Shown: piece after piece, positions 17,200-27,349 of the stretch
How the letters are laid out: every line of letters starts with the position of its first letter
Position numbering within the stretch: the stretch's first letter is position 1
From: Promethearchaeota archaeon
GTDB taxonomy: Archaea; Asgardarchaeota; Lokiarchaeia; Sigyniarchaeales; SOKP01
DNA length: 38,239 nucleotides
Direction of reading: 5' to 3'
NCBI GenBank assembly: GCA_016930515.1
Contig: JAFGGO010000149.1
Span: 1-38,239 of the forward strand
The notes under the pieces: generated by a model
Seen by the model: only the letters and a program-made list of their open reading frames with translations
Told to the model about the DNA's origin: nothing
The model's database searches: none
Position numbers and translations under genes: made by a program

Positions 17200-18675
17200 A
17201 TGGCTAAAAAGAAGAAAGACGCGCCAATTACGGGAATTACGGTTTCGAAAGAAGAAGACTTTTCTGCTTGGTACACGGAAGTGTTAACCAAATGTGAATT
17301 GGCCGATATCAGGTATAACATCAAGGGGTTCGTTTGTTACCTACCATGGGCTACGATAACGATTAAAAAAATGTATCAGAAATACGAGGAATTACTCGAG
17401 AAAAACGGGCACCTTCCATTAATCATGCCTTCCTTGATTCCCGAGCGAAATTTTCACTTGGAAGCCGATCACGTGGAAGGTTTTGCTCCCGAGGTTTTTT
17501 GGGTTACCGAAGCAGGCAGTTCTGGACTCTTGAGCGAACGACTTGCTTTACGACCCACGAGCGAAACCGCTCTTTACATGATGTATTCTTATTGGATACG
17601 GAGTTACAACGACCTTCCGTTCAAGCGATATCAATCGTGTCAAGTGTGGCGTTACGAGGGAAAAATGACTAGACCATTTTTTCGAGGAAGGGAATTTCAT
17701 TGGATAGAGGCACACAACGTTTTTGCTTCCGAAGAAGAAGCCATGCAACAAGTATACCAAGACATGGAAATGACCTATCAGATGATTCAAGAAGAATTTT
17801 GCATTCCCATCATCTTCTTCCAAAGACCAAAATGGGACAAGTTTGCGGGGAGCGTAAATTCTTACGCGGCTGACGCATTAATGGGATCAGGTAAGGTTTT
17901 ACAACTTCCATCAACTCATTATCTCGGCCAAAATTTTTCGAAACCCTTTAACGTGAAATTCGTTGATAAGGACGGCGAAGAAAAATACGGTTATATCACA
18001 TGTTATGGCCCAGCTATTAGTAGGATCTACGGTGCGATGATCGCCTACTTAGGAGACGACAAGGGCCTTGTGCTTCCTTTCGATTTAGCTCCAATTCAAG
18101 TAGTTATCGTGCCAATTCTCGTGAAAGGAAAAGAAAATTTTGTAATTGAAAAATGCCAAGAAATCTACGATCTATTCAAGGACGAATATAGAACGAAATT
18201 GGACGATTCCGAAAATTCACCTGGAAGTAAATTTTATCAATGGGAAATGAAGGGAGTTCCAATCAGGATTGAAGTAGGTCCAAAAGATGTAGAAAAGGAT
18301 CAAGCAGTTGTAGTCAAAAGACACGATGGAACGAAATCGTTCCTTCCCCTGAAAAATCTTAAAAATTCTGTTAAAAAAATTGCTAATAATTTCACAATAG
18401 AGCTGAAAAAAAGCAAGCTCCTCGATTTTGAAGAACAAATAGAACCTTGCCATGAACTCGATTCCGCAAGAGAAGCATTAGAAGCAGGGAAAATAGTGTG
18501 TTGCGGTTTTTGCTCAATCGAAGAAGAAGGTGAACGATGTGCCGAGACAATCGAAAAAGATCTCGGAGGTTTTGTACGAGGTAAGCGCGTTGATGACGAT
18601 AAGCACAAATTTGCTTCCTGCATAAATTGCGGGAAACCAGCGAGCTGCACGGTCTACATCGCAAAAAGCTATTAA
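17200..18675 (+). CDS. proS: Proline--tRNA ligase, archaeal/eukaryotic type
   Basis: FSAWYTEV, HVEGFAPEVFWVT, LRPTSET, QVWRYE..TRPFFRGREF.W.E.H, EMKGVPIRIEVGPKD, C-terminal zinc site ending AKSY. Confidence 0.97.
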   Translation: MAKKKKDAPITGITVSKEEDFSAWYTEVLTKCELADIRYNIKGFVCYLPWATITIKKMYQKYEELLEKNGHLPLIMPSLIPERNFHLEADHVEGFAPEVFWVTEAGSSGLLSERLALRPTSETALYMMYSYWIRSYNDLPFKRYQSCQVWRYEGKMTRPFFRGREFHWIEAHNVFASEEEAMQQVYQDMEMTYQMIQEEFCIPIIFFQRPKWDKFAGSVNSYAADALMGSGKVLQLPSTHYLGQNFSKPFNVKFVDKDGEEKYGYITCYGPAISRIYGAMIAYLGDDKGLVLPFDLAPIQVVIVPILVKGKENFVIEKCQEIYDLFKDEYRTKLDDSENSPGSKFYQWEMKGVPIRIEVGPKDVEKDQAVVVKRHDGTKSFLPLKNLKNSVKKIANNFTIELKKSKLLDFEEQIEPCHELDSAREALEAGKIVCCGFCSIEEEGERCAETIEKDLGGFVRGKRVDDDKHKFASCINCGKPASCTVYIAKSY

Positions 18676-18722
18676 TTCATTTTGTTATCTTCATTAATTT
18701 AAAAAATATTTATTTGAACAAT

Positions 18723-19628
18723 ATGAAAGATATCGCACGAGTTATTTCTGAGGATTATAATTCAGTTTTATACATTGAGGGAAAAAAAAATGGTAGTTAT
18801 CCCTATTCAAATTCCCTCCTCATAGGAGAATATCTTTTTGATACAGGAATTTCTGAACAATTCATTCTAAAACTAAAAAAAAATCATTCTATCAAACACG
18901 TGGTTCTTAGTCATTGGCACGAAGATCATATTTCTGGAAACAAATTTTTTAATAACAGCTTTTTTTATTGCCATTGCAAGGACAAACATATTATCGAAGA
19001 CATAACGAAAATGGATATATTTTATGAAGTTGAAGGTTTACCTACTATTGGCGTCTACGAGGGTATAATGAACATGCTAGATCTCAAAAATACCAAAATT
19101 AATTCTGTTTTTGACAAGGACGAAATAATTGTAATTGATAACGATGTTCGATTAAGGATAATTCACGCACCAGGACACTCTGCTGGACATTGCTGTTTTT
19201 ACGATGAGATCTCAAAAATATTATTTTTAGCAGATATCGATCTCACGAGTTTTGGTCCATGGTATGGTGCAATGGATTCAAGCGTAATTGATTACGAACA
19301 AAGTCTTGATAAATTAATGAAATTGAACGCAGAAGTAGCGTTTACGAGTCATTCGGGAATGATAATGAGTTCAAAGTTAATTAGAGAAAAATTAATGGGA
19401 GCTCTTTCAATAATTCAGGAGAGAGATATGGTTATAATTTCGATGCTTAAGGAAAAAACTTCTAAATCTTTAGACGATTTTACAAATAAAAATATTACAT
19501 ATAATACCTATGGGATCATGAAAAACTACGAGCTCTTGGCAGAAAAAATAATGATCCAATATCATCTCAACAAGTTGGTTAATAATGGAGAGGTCGAACT
19601 AAAGGAAAATGGATATATCTTATCTTAA
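18723..19628 (+). CDS. Metallo-beta-lactamase-fold hydrolase (paralog 1)
   Basis: DTG, SHWHEDH, HAPGHSAGH, ADID, SH. ATG 18723 chosen by alignment with paralog 2. Confidence 0.9.
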   Translation: MKDIARVISEDYNSVLYIEGKKNGSYPYSNSLLIGEYLFDTGISEQFILKLKKNHSIKHVVLSHWHEDHISGNKFFNNSFFYCHCKDKHIIEDITKMDIFYEVEGLPTIGVYEGIMNMLDLKNTKINSVFDKDEIIVIDNDVRLRIIHAPGHSAGHCCFYDEISKILFLADIDLTSFGPWYGAMDSSVIDYEQSLDKLMKLNAEVAFTSHSGMIMSSKLIREKLMGALSIIQERDMVIISMLKEKTSKSLDDFTNKNITYNTYGIMKNYELLAEKIMIQYHLNKLVNNGEVELKENGYILS

Positions 19629-19671
19629 TAGATCCCAAATTCCTTATTATTAATAAAATAGAGATTTAGAA

Positions 19672-20577
19672 ATGAAAAACATCGCAGTTAAAATTTCAGA
19701 GGATTTTCAGAATATTTACTACATTGAAGGGAAGAAGAACGGCCGATATCCCTATTCAAATTCGTTTCTCGTGGGAGATTACATCGTAGATACGGGCATT
19801 TCCCCCGAAAGAATAAATGAGCTTAAAAAACGAGTTAAAATAACCAATGTGCTTTTAAGCCATTGGCACGAAGATCACATCTCGGGAAATCAATTCTTTA
19901 AAAACGCGAGATTTTCGTGTCATCCTGCCGACAAGTCCGTCGTAGAAGACATCTCAAAGATGACCAATCACTTTGAAATGCACAATCCGACTTCGGAAGA
20001 TTTTTATGGCGAAGTAATGAGAATGTTAAATTGTCAAAATACTAAAGTTAATTCCACTTTTAGCGATAACGATATTTTTTACATCAACGATGAGCTCCAC
20101 CTTCAGGTCATACACACTCCTGGCCATACTGCCGGTCATTGTTGTTTTCTCGAGCAAAACTCAAGAATTGTGTTTCTCGCGGACATAGACCTCACGAAAT
20201 TTGGACCATGGTACGGAGCATTAGACTCGAGCGTCGTGGACTTTGAAAATTCAATACTTAAACTCATCAACATGCCTTTCGATTACGCATTTACGAGTCA
20301 CGGAAGCTTAATAGAAGGCAATGATCACATTAAAACAATGTTGGAGGCATACTTATCAATAATCTACGAAAGGGACGATACAATACTTTCTAACCTTTCC
20401 GAACGAATACCGACTAATCCAAAGCAAATGAGCGGTAAGAACATCATATATAAAACTTATAGTATATCAAAAATTTACGAAATTTTTGCCGAAGAAATAA
20501 TGCTTCAATATCACTTAGATAAATTTTTGGGAGAGAATAAGGTCATACAAGAAGGAGATGGATACATTCTTAGATAA
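19672..20577 (+). CDS. Metallo-beta-lactamase-fold hydrolase (paralog 2)
   Basis: SHWHEDH, HTPGHTAGH, ADIDLTKFGPWYG; colinear with the upstream gene. Confidence 0.9.
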   Translation: MKNIAVKISEDFQNIYYIEGKKNGRYPYSNSFLVGDYIVDTGISPERINELKKRVKITNVLLSHWHEDHISGNQFFKNARFSCHPADKSVVEDISKMTNHFEMHNPTSEDFYGEVMRMLNCQNTKVNSTFSDNDIFYINDELHLQVIHTPGHTAGHCCFLEQNSRIVFLADIDLTKFGPWYGALDSSVVDFENSILKLINMPFDYAFTSHGSLIEGNDHIKTMLEAYLSIIYERDDTILSNLSERIPTNPKQMSGKNIIYKTYSISKIYEIFAEEIMLQYHLDKFLGENKVIQEGDGYILR

Positions 20578-20622
20578 TCAAATTCAACTAACCAAAATTA
20601 ATGCATATGTATAATCATTTGA

Positions 20623-20805
20623 ATGCACATAAGCAATAAAGATAAAGTAATTGAAGCGTTTAAGAAAGCTAAAAAGCCCCTATGTCCTGGAGTCATCGCA
20701 AAAGAGACTGGAATCGACTCGAAAAAAGTATCAAAAATCATTAAGGAATTGCATGAAGAAGGAAAGGCTCATTCTCTAAAGAAATGCTCTTACGCTTTGA
20801 AATAA
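20623..20805 (+). CDS. Small winged-HTH protein
   Basis: KVIEAFKKAKKPL..G.IAKETGIDSKKVSKIIKELHEEG HTH pattern. Confidence 0.7.
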   Translation: MHISNKDKVIEAFKKAKKPLCPGVIAKETGIDSKKVSKIIKELHEEGKAHSLKKCSYALK

Positions 20806-20945
20806 AAGGATTTTAAGTCGTTGAATCTGACTTTAACGCAATCAATAATTTAAAAAAAGCCAAGCTTAGATACAAGCAAATTTGAAAAAAGACTTATAAT
20901 TTTTAATAGGTGTTTTTATCTTATTTTGTATTATATTTTCATTAT

Positions 20946-22232
20946 ATGAGCCCGTTCATTGTGGACAACAAGATAACGAACAAATTCGTGGAAGCTTACA
21001 CGAAAACTACATATCGAATCGTAGGGAAAAACAAGCATTCTGCGGTGAAACCATGTCATTGGTTTGAACAACGATTAATGACCGGGCGCGATAATAGAAA
21101 TTGCTATAAGGGAGTGTTTGGAGTGAAAAGTCATTTATGCCTTCAAAATACCCCCTCTATTCCATTTTGTAACCATCAGTGCGTCTTTTGCTGGCGAGAT
21201 GTCGAATCGGGAGCTTTAGGAAACGAATTCATCGTTGAACCCGACGATCCAGGACTTATCGTCGAAGAATTGATTAAACAGCAACAAGACATAGTCAAAA
21301 ATCACCTCCCCCTAAAAAGATACCTTGAAAACTACGAGGTTATGATAGACATCATCCATTTCATGTTAAAAAGCAAGGAAAGGCAAAATGTTAACTCGAT
21401 GTACGAATATATTGGTGCAAGCAAGACGAAAATAGAGCGAGGATTTACTTTGCTCAAAAATCGAGAGTTTATTAGACCAACTGATGCAACGCTTCAAAAT
21501 TTCGAGCTCGATGGCGATATCTCTTGTTGTTTGGAATCCCGAGAAGAAATACAGGAATTGGTTGATAGGGAGCTAACTACTCCAGAAGACATCATGAACG
21601 CACATTACGAAGCCTTAACACCAATGCACGCGGCGATATCGCTCGATGGCGAACCTTTCTTATATCCTAGAATGAGCGAATACGTGGAAGAGTTTAAGAA
21701 GCGCCACATGACAACATTTATCGTTACCAACGGTACTCTCCCAGAGAAGATAGAGCAACTCGAAGTTCTTCCTTCTCAATTATACGTGACCCTTCCAGCG
21801 TACGACGAACAATCTTATAAGAAAATTTGTCGTCCAACAATCAGAGGAGGATGGGAAAGATTAAACAAAACACTAAACCTGCTCCAATCCTTAACTTGTA
21901 GGACTTTAATACGCCTCACAGCCGTAAAAGATAATAATATCAACGAGCAACTCATCAAGAAGTATGCGGAGATCGTGAAAAAAGCTCAACCAAACTTTTT
22001 CGAGATTAAAGGTTTCACACTGCAAGCGAAAGCTCTTTTAATAAAGGAACGACTGAAGTCCGATAAGGAAGTGCAAGATTTCTTTCCAAGTTACGAATAT
22101 TTGGAAAATATTGCACTTGAATTTGAAAGAATAAGCGGCTTCCCCTTAATATATTCAAACAAAGTCAGTAGAGATTTTTTATTTGCAGTAGATTGGGACA
22201 AGGAAAAGGATCTAACTATTAAAAATCCTTAG
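20946..22232 (+). CDS. taw1: 4-demethylwyosine synthase (Taw1/TYW1 radical SAM) with an internal insertion
   Basis: HSAVKPCHW, CYK..FG..SH.C.Q.TP, CNHQCVFCWR, HAAISLDGEP, VTNGT, FFEIKG. The ORF track starts at GTG 20910; ATG 20946 is more likely. Confidence 0.92.
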   Translation: MSPFIVDNKITNKFVEAYTKTTYRIVGKNKHSAVKPCHWFEQRLMTGRDNRNCYKGVFGVKSHLCLQNTPSIPFCNHQCVFCWRDVESGALGNEFIVEPDDPGLIVEELIKQQQDIVKNHLPLKRYLENYEVMIDIIHFMLKSKERQNVNSMYEYIGASKTKIERGFTLLKNREFIRPTDATLQNFELDGDISCCLESREEIQELVDRELTTPEDIMNAHYEALTPMHAAISLDGEPFLYPRMSEYVEEFKKRHMTTFIVTNGTLPEKIEQLEVLPSQLYVTLPAYDEQSYKKICRPTIRGGWERLNKTLNLLQSLTCRTLIRLTAVKDNNINEQLIKKYAEIVKKAQPNFFEIKGFTLQAKALLIKERLKSDKEVQDFFPSYEYLENIALEFERISGFPLIYSNKVSRDFLFAVDWDKEKDLTIKNP

Positions 22233-22271
22233 AAAACAAATGAATGGGAAAATCAAAGCCATTTTTATTGA

Positions 22272-23498
22272 CTATTTGAGAAATATCTCCATAAAATCTT
22301 CTCCATTTTCGATCAAACCAAGTTCTCCCAACTTCCCCGATTCTTCTGTATATTTTCGAGATATTTTACTTTCATCACTCGATCGGGGATCGTAAATAGC
22401 GAACGGAACAGGTTCTCCCGAGTGAGTGCGAATTTTAATGGGTGTGGGGTGATCTGGCAGGATAGCGATGACGAGTTCGTTATTAAACAGTTCTTCGGAT
22501 TCGAGAATAGGTTTCACGACTCGCAAGTCAAATAATTCTAAGGCTTCAATCTTCTTCTTAACATCGCCTGCGTGACCCATCTCGTCGCAGGCTTCGATAT
22601 GCAAGTAAATAAAGTCCTTTTCTTTAAGCTCAGTTAGAGCTGCAGATACTTTTCCTTCGAAGTTCGTATCAAGCAAGCCAGTTGCACCTTCGACTCGTAC
22701 AGGTGTGAGTCCTGCGGCAATGCCTATTCCAAATATCAAATCAACAGCAGATATTACCGAACCATCCAATCCGTATTTTTCCTTAAAAGGTTTTATGTCT
22801 GGTTTCTTACCTCCGCTCCATGGCCACACATGAGTTGCTTTGAGCTTGCCTTGTTCGAAACGCTTTTTGTTCACCGGATGATCCAAGAGAACATTGACGC
22901 TCTTTTCGATTAATTCGTTTAACTTCTTGGCAGTCTTGACAGCAGAGGGGTCGTTAGGATCGATAGGGCGAACGAGATGATCCTTGTATTCTTGGTCGAG
23001 TTGATCGTGTGGTGGAGTTGTCTCGACATGTTCAGAATATACCTTACCATCAAGCTTCAGGATATGGCGGTATTGAACACCTGAATGAAAATTAACACCA
23101 TTACCGCCAAATTTTTCTTCTAGTTCTTGAATTAGCAGAGCCGATTCCTCCGAGGAAATATGTCCAGAAGAATAGTCCTTTATGATCCCGTCCGTGATAT
23201 TGATGAGATTACATCTAAAGGCAATATCGGTCTTATCGAGATGCAGGCCAGCGCTCAAGGCTTCTAAAGGCCCTCTTCCCGTGAGATCATTTTCGGGTCT
23301 GTATCCCATAATGCACATATTAGCAACATCACTTCCAGGAGGCATGTTTGAAGGCACTGTCCTGAGCGTACCCATCTTGCCGTTCGTTGCAATCCAATCC
23401 ATGTGCTTTGTATCAGCAACTTCAAAGATAGTCTTGTTTCCAAGACTTTCGATCGGCCAATCCGCAGCTCCATCGCAAACTAGTATGATGTATTTCAT
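22272..23498 (-). CDS. apgM: 2,3-bisphosphoglycerate-independent phosphoglycerate mutase, archaeal type
   Basis: DGAAD, PGSDVAN, GRGPLEA, AFRCN, DEMGHAGD, PDHPTP..RTH. Confidence 0.93.
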   Translation of the reverse strand: MKYIILVCDGAADWPIESLGNKTIFEVADTKHMDWIATNGKMGTLRTVPSNMPPGSDVANMCIMGYRPENDLTGRGPLEALSAGLHLDKTDIAFRCNLINITDGIIKDYSSGHISSEESALLIQELEEKFGGNGVNFHSGVQYRHILKLDGKVYSEHVETTPPHDQLDQEYKDHLVRPIDPNDPSAVKTAKKLNELIEKSVNVLLDHPVNKKRFEQGKLKATHVWPWSGGKKPDIKPFKEKYGLDGSVISAVDLIFGIGIAAGLTPVRVEGATGLLDTNFEGKVSAALTELKEKDFIYLHIEACDEMGHAGDVKKKIEALELFDLRVVKPILESEELFNNELVIAILPDHPTPIKIRTHSGEPVPFAIYDPRSSDESKISRKYTEESGKLGELGLIENGEDFMEIFLK

Positions 23499-23659
23499 AT
23501 AATAAAAATTAAAGTTCAATTTATAGAGTTACTATTAGAAATCCTTAATTCGTAATAAATGGGATATATATGTGTAAGGGGATAAAAGAAAAGTTACGAT
23601 GTGAAAATATTTGGACAAAAATCCTTTTTTCTTGAAAAATGGATGTAATGGAATATTAA

Positions 23660-24313
23660 TTAATCGAAAGTGGTATTAAGATCCTTCATAAATTCCGCTC
23701 TCGATTCTTGTGCACCTTTTTGAAGCACTTTAAAAATTCTCTTCCTTCCTGCAGGAAATTTGAGAATTGAAGTGTCTTTTTTGATAATATTCAAGCATTC
23801 GTCGTATAAATCTAATTGTTCCGTTAACACATTATGGGCCTCTTTTTTTGTATTGAACGCATTTTTAACCAAACCCTTATAATCCTCTACTTCCTGTTCA
23901 ACTCGGAGAAGAATGGTCGTGGATTTAATTTGAGATATAAACGCTTTTTTGAGAAAGTTTTCTAATTCGGGATAGTTTCCGTGTTTATGGTTAGACATTT
24001 TAGCAAATTGATCACCCTTTAAGTAGCGATTAAATTCGGATTCATATCTTGATATAAAGTCATAAACACGCATATCTTCGTTTGTTAGGTTTTTTGCGAT
24101 ATCTAAAACAATTTCAACCTGTTCAATGCATTCCCTTCTCGAATCCTTGCTCCAAGAGTTATAAAAGGCTTGTACGATAGGTTTAGCAAAAATATCAAAT
24201 ATTCCAGTGCTTAATTCTTCGTCTATGAGCAAGGATCCGTGAGCGATCCTGCTGTCTATGGTTTTAATAAATTGTTCTTTTATTAAGTCTTGATAGAGAC
24301 TCGTACGATTCAT
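23660..24313 (-). CDS. Hypothetical helical protein
   Basis: 217-aa ORF in operon-like arrangement with engB; no motif recognised. Confidence 0.65.
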   Translation of the reverse strand: MNRTSLYQDLIKEQFIKTIDSRIAHGSLLIDEELSTGIFDIFAKPIVQAFYNSWSKDSRRECIEQVEIVLDIAKNLTNEDMRVYDFISRYESEFNRYLKGDQFAKMSNHKHGNYPELENFLKKAFISQIKSTTILLRVEQEVEDYKGLVKNAFNTKKEAHNVLTEQLDLYDECLNIIKKDTSILKFPAGRKRIFKVLQKGAQESRAEFMKDLNTTFD

Positions 24314-24322
24314 AGTTACATT

Positions 24323-24961
24323 TTACTTTTTATTCAATAAGTTATTTATGCTTCTTTTTAATTGTGGGAGGTTTGTTTTTTTTAATGCTGAAAATTCTAT
24401 ATAACTGATTTCCTCTTTTGATTTTTTCTCGTTAATTGGGGCGAAACGCAGACCATATTCTGCAGCGGACTTTAAAAACAATGAAAGTAATTTATTTTTA
24501 TCAAATTGAGATATTTTATCGATCTTATTAAAGATAACAATTAGCTGCATGTCAAATTCTCTCAAGAAATTTATCAGTTCGAAGCTCAAGGGAATTGTAT
24601 TATCTTCAATAATGAAATATTTTGTAATCTCGTCCTCTATTCGAAGGATGTTGATCACTACTAGACCCAAGAAATATTCTTTTGCGTGCTTTTCTACATG
24701 GAGTACGATTTGTTTTTTCACGTGATCTTCCCGCCTGCGGCTTGAATGTTTCATATATCCAAATCCAGGCAAATCAACGATTTTATAAGGCATATTTGGT
24801 TGCTCGATTGGTTTAATCAGTAATGTACTCCCGGGATTTTTTCCAGTTTTTCCCTTAAACGATTTTGGGTTTGGTAACAAGAGCCGTGTTATAGAACTCT
24901 TGCCTACATTAGAATTTCCAATTATGAGCAAAGACGGTTTTTCTTTCATTTTGATAATCAT
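24323..24961 (-). CDS. engB: EngB/YihA-family GTPase
   Basis: G1 GNSNVGKSS, PGST, G3 DLPGFG, G4 NKID, G5 SAL. Confidence 0.88.
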   Translation of the reverse strand: MIIKMKEKPSLLIIGNSNVGKSSITRLLLPNPKSFKGKTGKNPGSTLLIKPIEQPNMPYKIVDLPGFGYMKHSSRRREDHVKKQIVLHVEKHAKEYFLGLVVINILRIEDEITKYFIIEDNTIPLSFELINFLREFDMQLIVIFNKIDKISQFDKNKLLSLFLKSAAEYGLRFAPINEKKSKEEISYIEFSALKKTNLPQLKRSINNLLNKK

Positions 24962-24971
24962 ATTTTTATTG

Positions 24972-25919
24972 TTAAATATCTGAAAAATCGTCCTTTAAAA
25001 AATCAGAAAACATTTTTTGTTTCGTTTCTTCGGGTATTTGTGGTCTCGTACTAACGGGCTCTCCAGCTTCCTCTAATAATTCTTTTAATTTCTTCACATT
25101 TATATTAATTTTAAATTTTCCACCACTCATATATCGAATGATTTGTTTTTCGTTTAATGTGAGTCTGAGAATGTATCCTAATCCAAAATAGAATTGATGC
25201 TCGGGGATTGGATCGATTGGGCTCTTGCTTGTCGCTTCCTTGAGCAAGTCGTAGAGTAGTGTTTTTGAAGCAATGTGATCTTCGGACTCAAAGGTCAAAT
25301 ACCATATTGCGTGATACCATATTTTATCTCGTTTGTCTTGCACATATTCGAGGAATTTATCGTAAGTCATCACCGAATCCTTTTTCTTTTCTTTTTTTGC
25401 CATCAGCTCCTGTTTAATCTTAGCTTCAATTTCGTCAATCGCAACAGCTGGTTTAACGGGCTTAGCTTTATCTGTCTCTAAACCCTCTTTTTTCACTTCT
25501 TCGATGGCTAATTTCATTTCTCTAAGCTCTTCGAGCGACATTTTTCCGATATCAGAAAAGTCTTCAATGATGGAAGCTTTTTCTGTTTCTATTTCCAGGG
25601 TTTCTTCTAAATCTAATTCCTCTGGTAATTGAATTTCTTGTTGAAATTCTTCGCTTACGGATTCTCCTTGGTCTAGTTCCAAAGATTCTTGTTCAGGGAC
25701 TTCAAGGTCTTTATCGTCAACTATTGAAAGCTCACTCTGCCTTACTTCATTAATTGCTTCACGCATTTCTTGAAGCTCAAGCTCGTCTAAATCCTCTAAG
25801 TCTGAGAAATCTTCTTCTAACTGTCCTATTTCTCTTAGATATAATTTAAGATCGTCTTCTTCGTTAAAATCCTCTTCTTCTTCCACGCTTAGCTCGTCGT
25901 CATCGCTATTTTCTGTCAT
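24972..25919 (-). CDS. Hypothetical protein: acidic repeat-containing N-terminus plus globular (wHTH-like) C-terminal domain
   Basis: D/E-rich first ~150 aa, followed by an aromatic-rich folded-looking C-terminus. Confidence 0.65.
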   Translation of the reverse strand: MTENSDDDELSVEEEEDFNEEDDLKLYLREIGQLEEDFSDLEDLDELELQEMREAINEVRQSELSIVDDKDLEVPEQESLELDQGESVSEEFQQEIQLPEELDLEETLEIETEKASIIEDFSDIGKMSLEELREMKLAIEEVKKEGLETDKAKPVKPAVAIDEIEAKIKQELMAKKEKKKDSVMTYDKFLEYVQDKRDKIWYHAIWYLTFESEDHIASKTLLYDLLKEATSKSPIDPIPEHQFYFGLGYILRLTLNEKQIIRYMSGGKFKININVKKLKELLEEAGEPVSTRPQIPEETKQKMFSDFLKDDFSDI

Positions 25920-26203
25920 ATTTCCACAATTTTTATTTAATCTATATTATGACGATATTAGAAATAAAAACACCTTTTTATTAATTTATTATTCTAAGAT
26001 CTTCCCATACTAAATTAAAGAACTCGTCAACAAAAAGCTATGCCTTCTATTGTATCGATCAAAAAGTCAGTTGAGCAAATAAAGGAAAATTTTTTTTAGG
26101 GTGTTTCACATATTTACTTATATCTATTATTTGAGATATGAAATTATCTTTAAATCACATTTAAAATAATAATAGTACCATAATACAAGGAGGAGATCTT
26201 ACA

Positions 26204-26404
26204 ATAATAATTCCCATTCGTTGCTTTAGTTGTGGAAAATTAATTGCTCACATATATCAACCTTATAAAGACATGTTAGAGAAAGGAGAACCATCAGATA
26301 AAGCTTTCAACGAGTTAGGCATCAAAAGATTCTGTTGTCGTAGAATGATTGTTGCTCATGTCGATCTAATTGACGATCTTCTCAAATTTCCTCGCTTGCA
26401 ATAA
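26204..26404 (+). CDS. rpoN: DNA-directed RNA polymerase subunit N (Rpo10), apparent ATA start
   Basis: Manual translation (ATA)IIPIRCFSCGKLIAH...LGIKRFCCRRMIVAHVDLID..-TAA. GGAGG at 26189-26193; no in-frame ATG/GTG/TTG between the upstream TAA (26162-26164) and the conserved N-terminus. Confidence 0.95.
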   Translation: MIIPIRCFSCGKLIAHIYQPYKDMLEKGEPSDKAFNELGIKRFCCRRMIVAHVDLIDDLLKFPRLQ

Positions 26405-26568
26405 GGTACTTCTTATTCTAAATGCCCTAATTTTTTAATCAATCAACTTATAAAGATAGGTAAAGCTTTAAAAGATTTTAATTTAATCTTAAAATAAGAA
26501 TTAATATTATTGTATTAATTTAGTTTGAATAATCTAACTGAATGTTTTTAAAAAATGGAAGAAAAAGA

Positions 26569-26751
26569 TTATTCCTTTCCGTAGACGCCCGTCCATCGCG
26601 TTTTTCTTGGGTTTTTCTTGTAATTTAAGAGCGCCTTCTTGCATTTTTTAGTGCAGAAATTGTAAATCGTTCCATCTTTCTTTACATAGGTTATTCCTCT
26701 ACCAATAGGGACATCGTAGGAACAAAACGAGCATTTTTTGACTTTTACCAT
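26569..26751 (-). CDS. rpl24e: 50S ribosomal protein eL24
   Basis: CSFC...G.G..YVKKDG....FCTKKC......NPRK.RWT. Confidence 0.96.
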   Translation of the reverse strand: MVKVKKCSFCSYDVPIGRGITYVKKDGTIYNFCTKKCKKALLNYKKNPRKTRWTGVYGKE

Positions 26752-26772
26752 TTAAATCAACCATTATATTAA

Positions 26773-27183
26773 TTAATCTGAAGCTTCTTCCTTTTTTGAG
26801 AATAATTCCGTTTCTCCGTATTTCACGATTTTTAAATTGATTAATGTCATATCGTAGGTGATTTCGTTTCCCCTGACAGTTCTGCGCTTTTTTTCTCCCT
26901 TTCTTATAGGTTTATAACCTATACCACGCTTAGCCACTAAGATTTTCTTCTTAACCGGTCCATGAACGTCTTTTCTCATGGGAAATCCGCTTCTATCGCT
27001 TCCACCCGTGATTTGAAACTCGTAATTGGGAAATCCAATAAGTCCGCCCTTGATAACTTCGCCAATTTTCATTCCTTCAAATCTGAACTTTTTTTCGTCT
27101 ATTTCGATGAGTTTCGACATGCCCTTCCCTGGGCCTTCGTTTCCACCGCTGATGTTTAGCTTGTATACTATTTTTTCCGACAT
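26773..27183 (-). CDS. rps6e: 30S ribosomal protein eS6
   Basis: GMKIGE, ITGGSDRSGFPMR.DV.G, GEKKRRTVRGN. Confidence 0.97.
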   Translation of the reverse strand: MSEKIVYKLNISGGNEGPGKGMSKLIEIDEKKFRFEGMKIGEVIKGGLIGFPNYEFQITGGSDRSGFPMRKDVHGPVKKKILVAKRGIGYKPIRKGEKKRRTVRGNEITYDMTLINLKIVKYGETELFSKKEEASD

Positions 27184-27349
27184 GCTATCTTTTTCTCTTG
27201 TTTAAAAAAGGAAAATTGAGTATGAAAGTGAATAATTTCATAAATATTTTTGGGTTTTTAGAAAATCAGTTCCACGGAAATCATAAGATTTATTTTTTAG
27301 AATATAACCTATTACATTATAGAAACAATAGCACTTTAAAGGAAGTAAA

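Noticed and set aside
21305-21575. Intein in Taw1
   Set aside because: No N-terminal Cys/Ser block or C-terminal His-Asn followed by Cys/Ser/Thr at the insertion boundaries.
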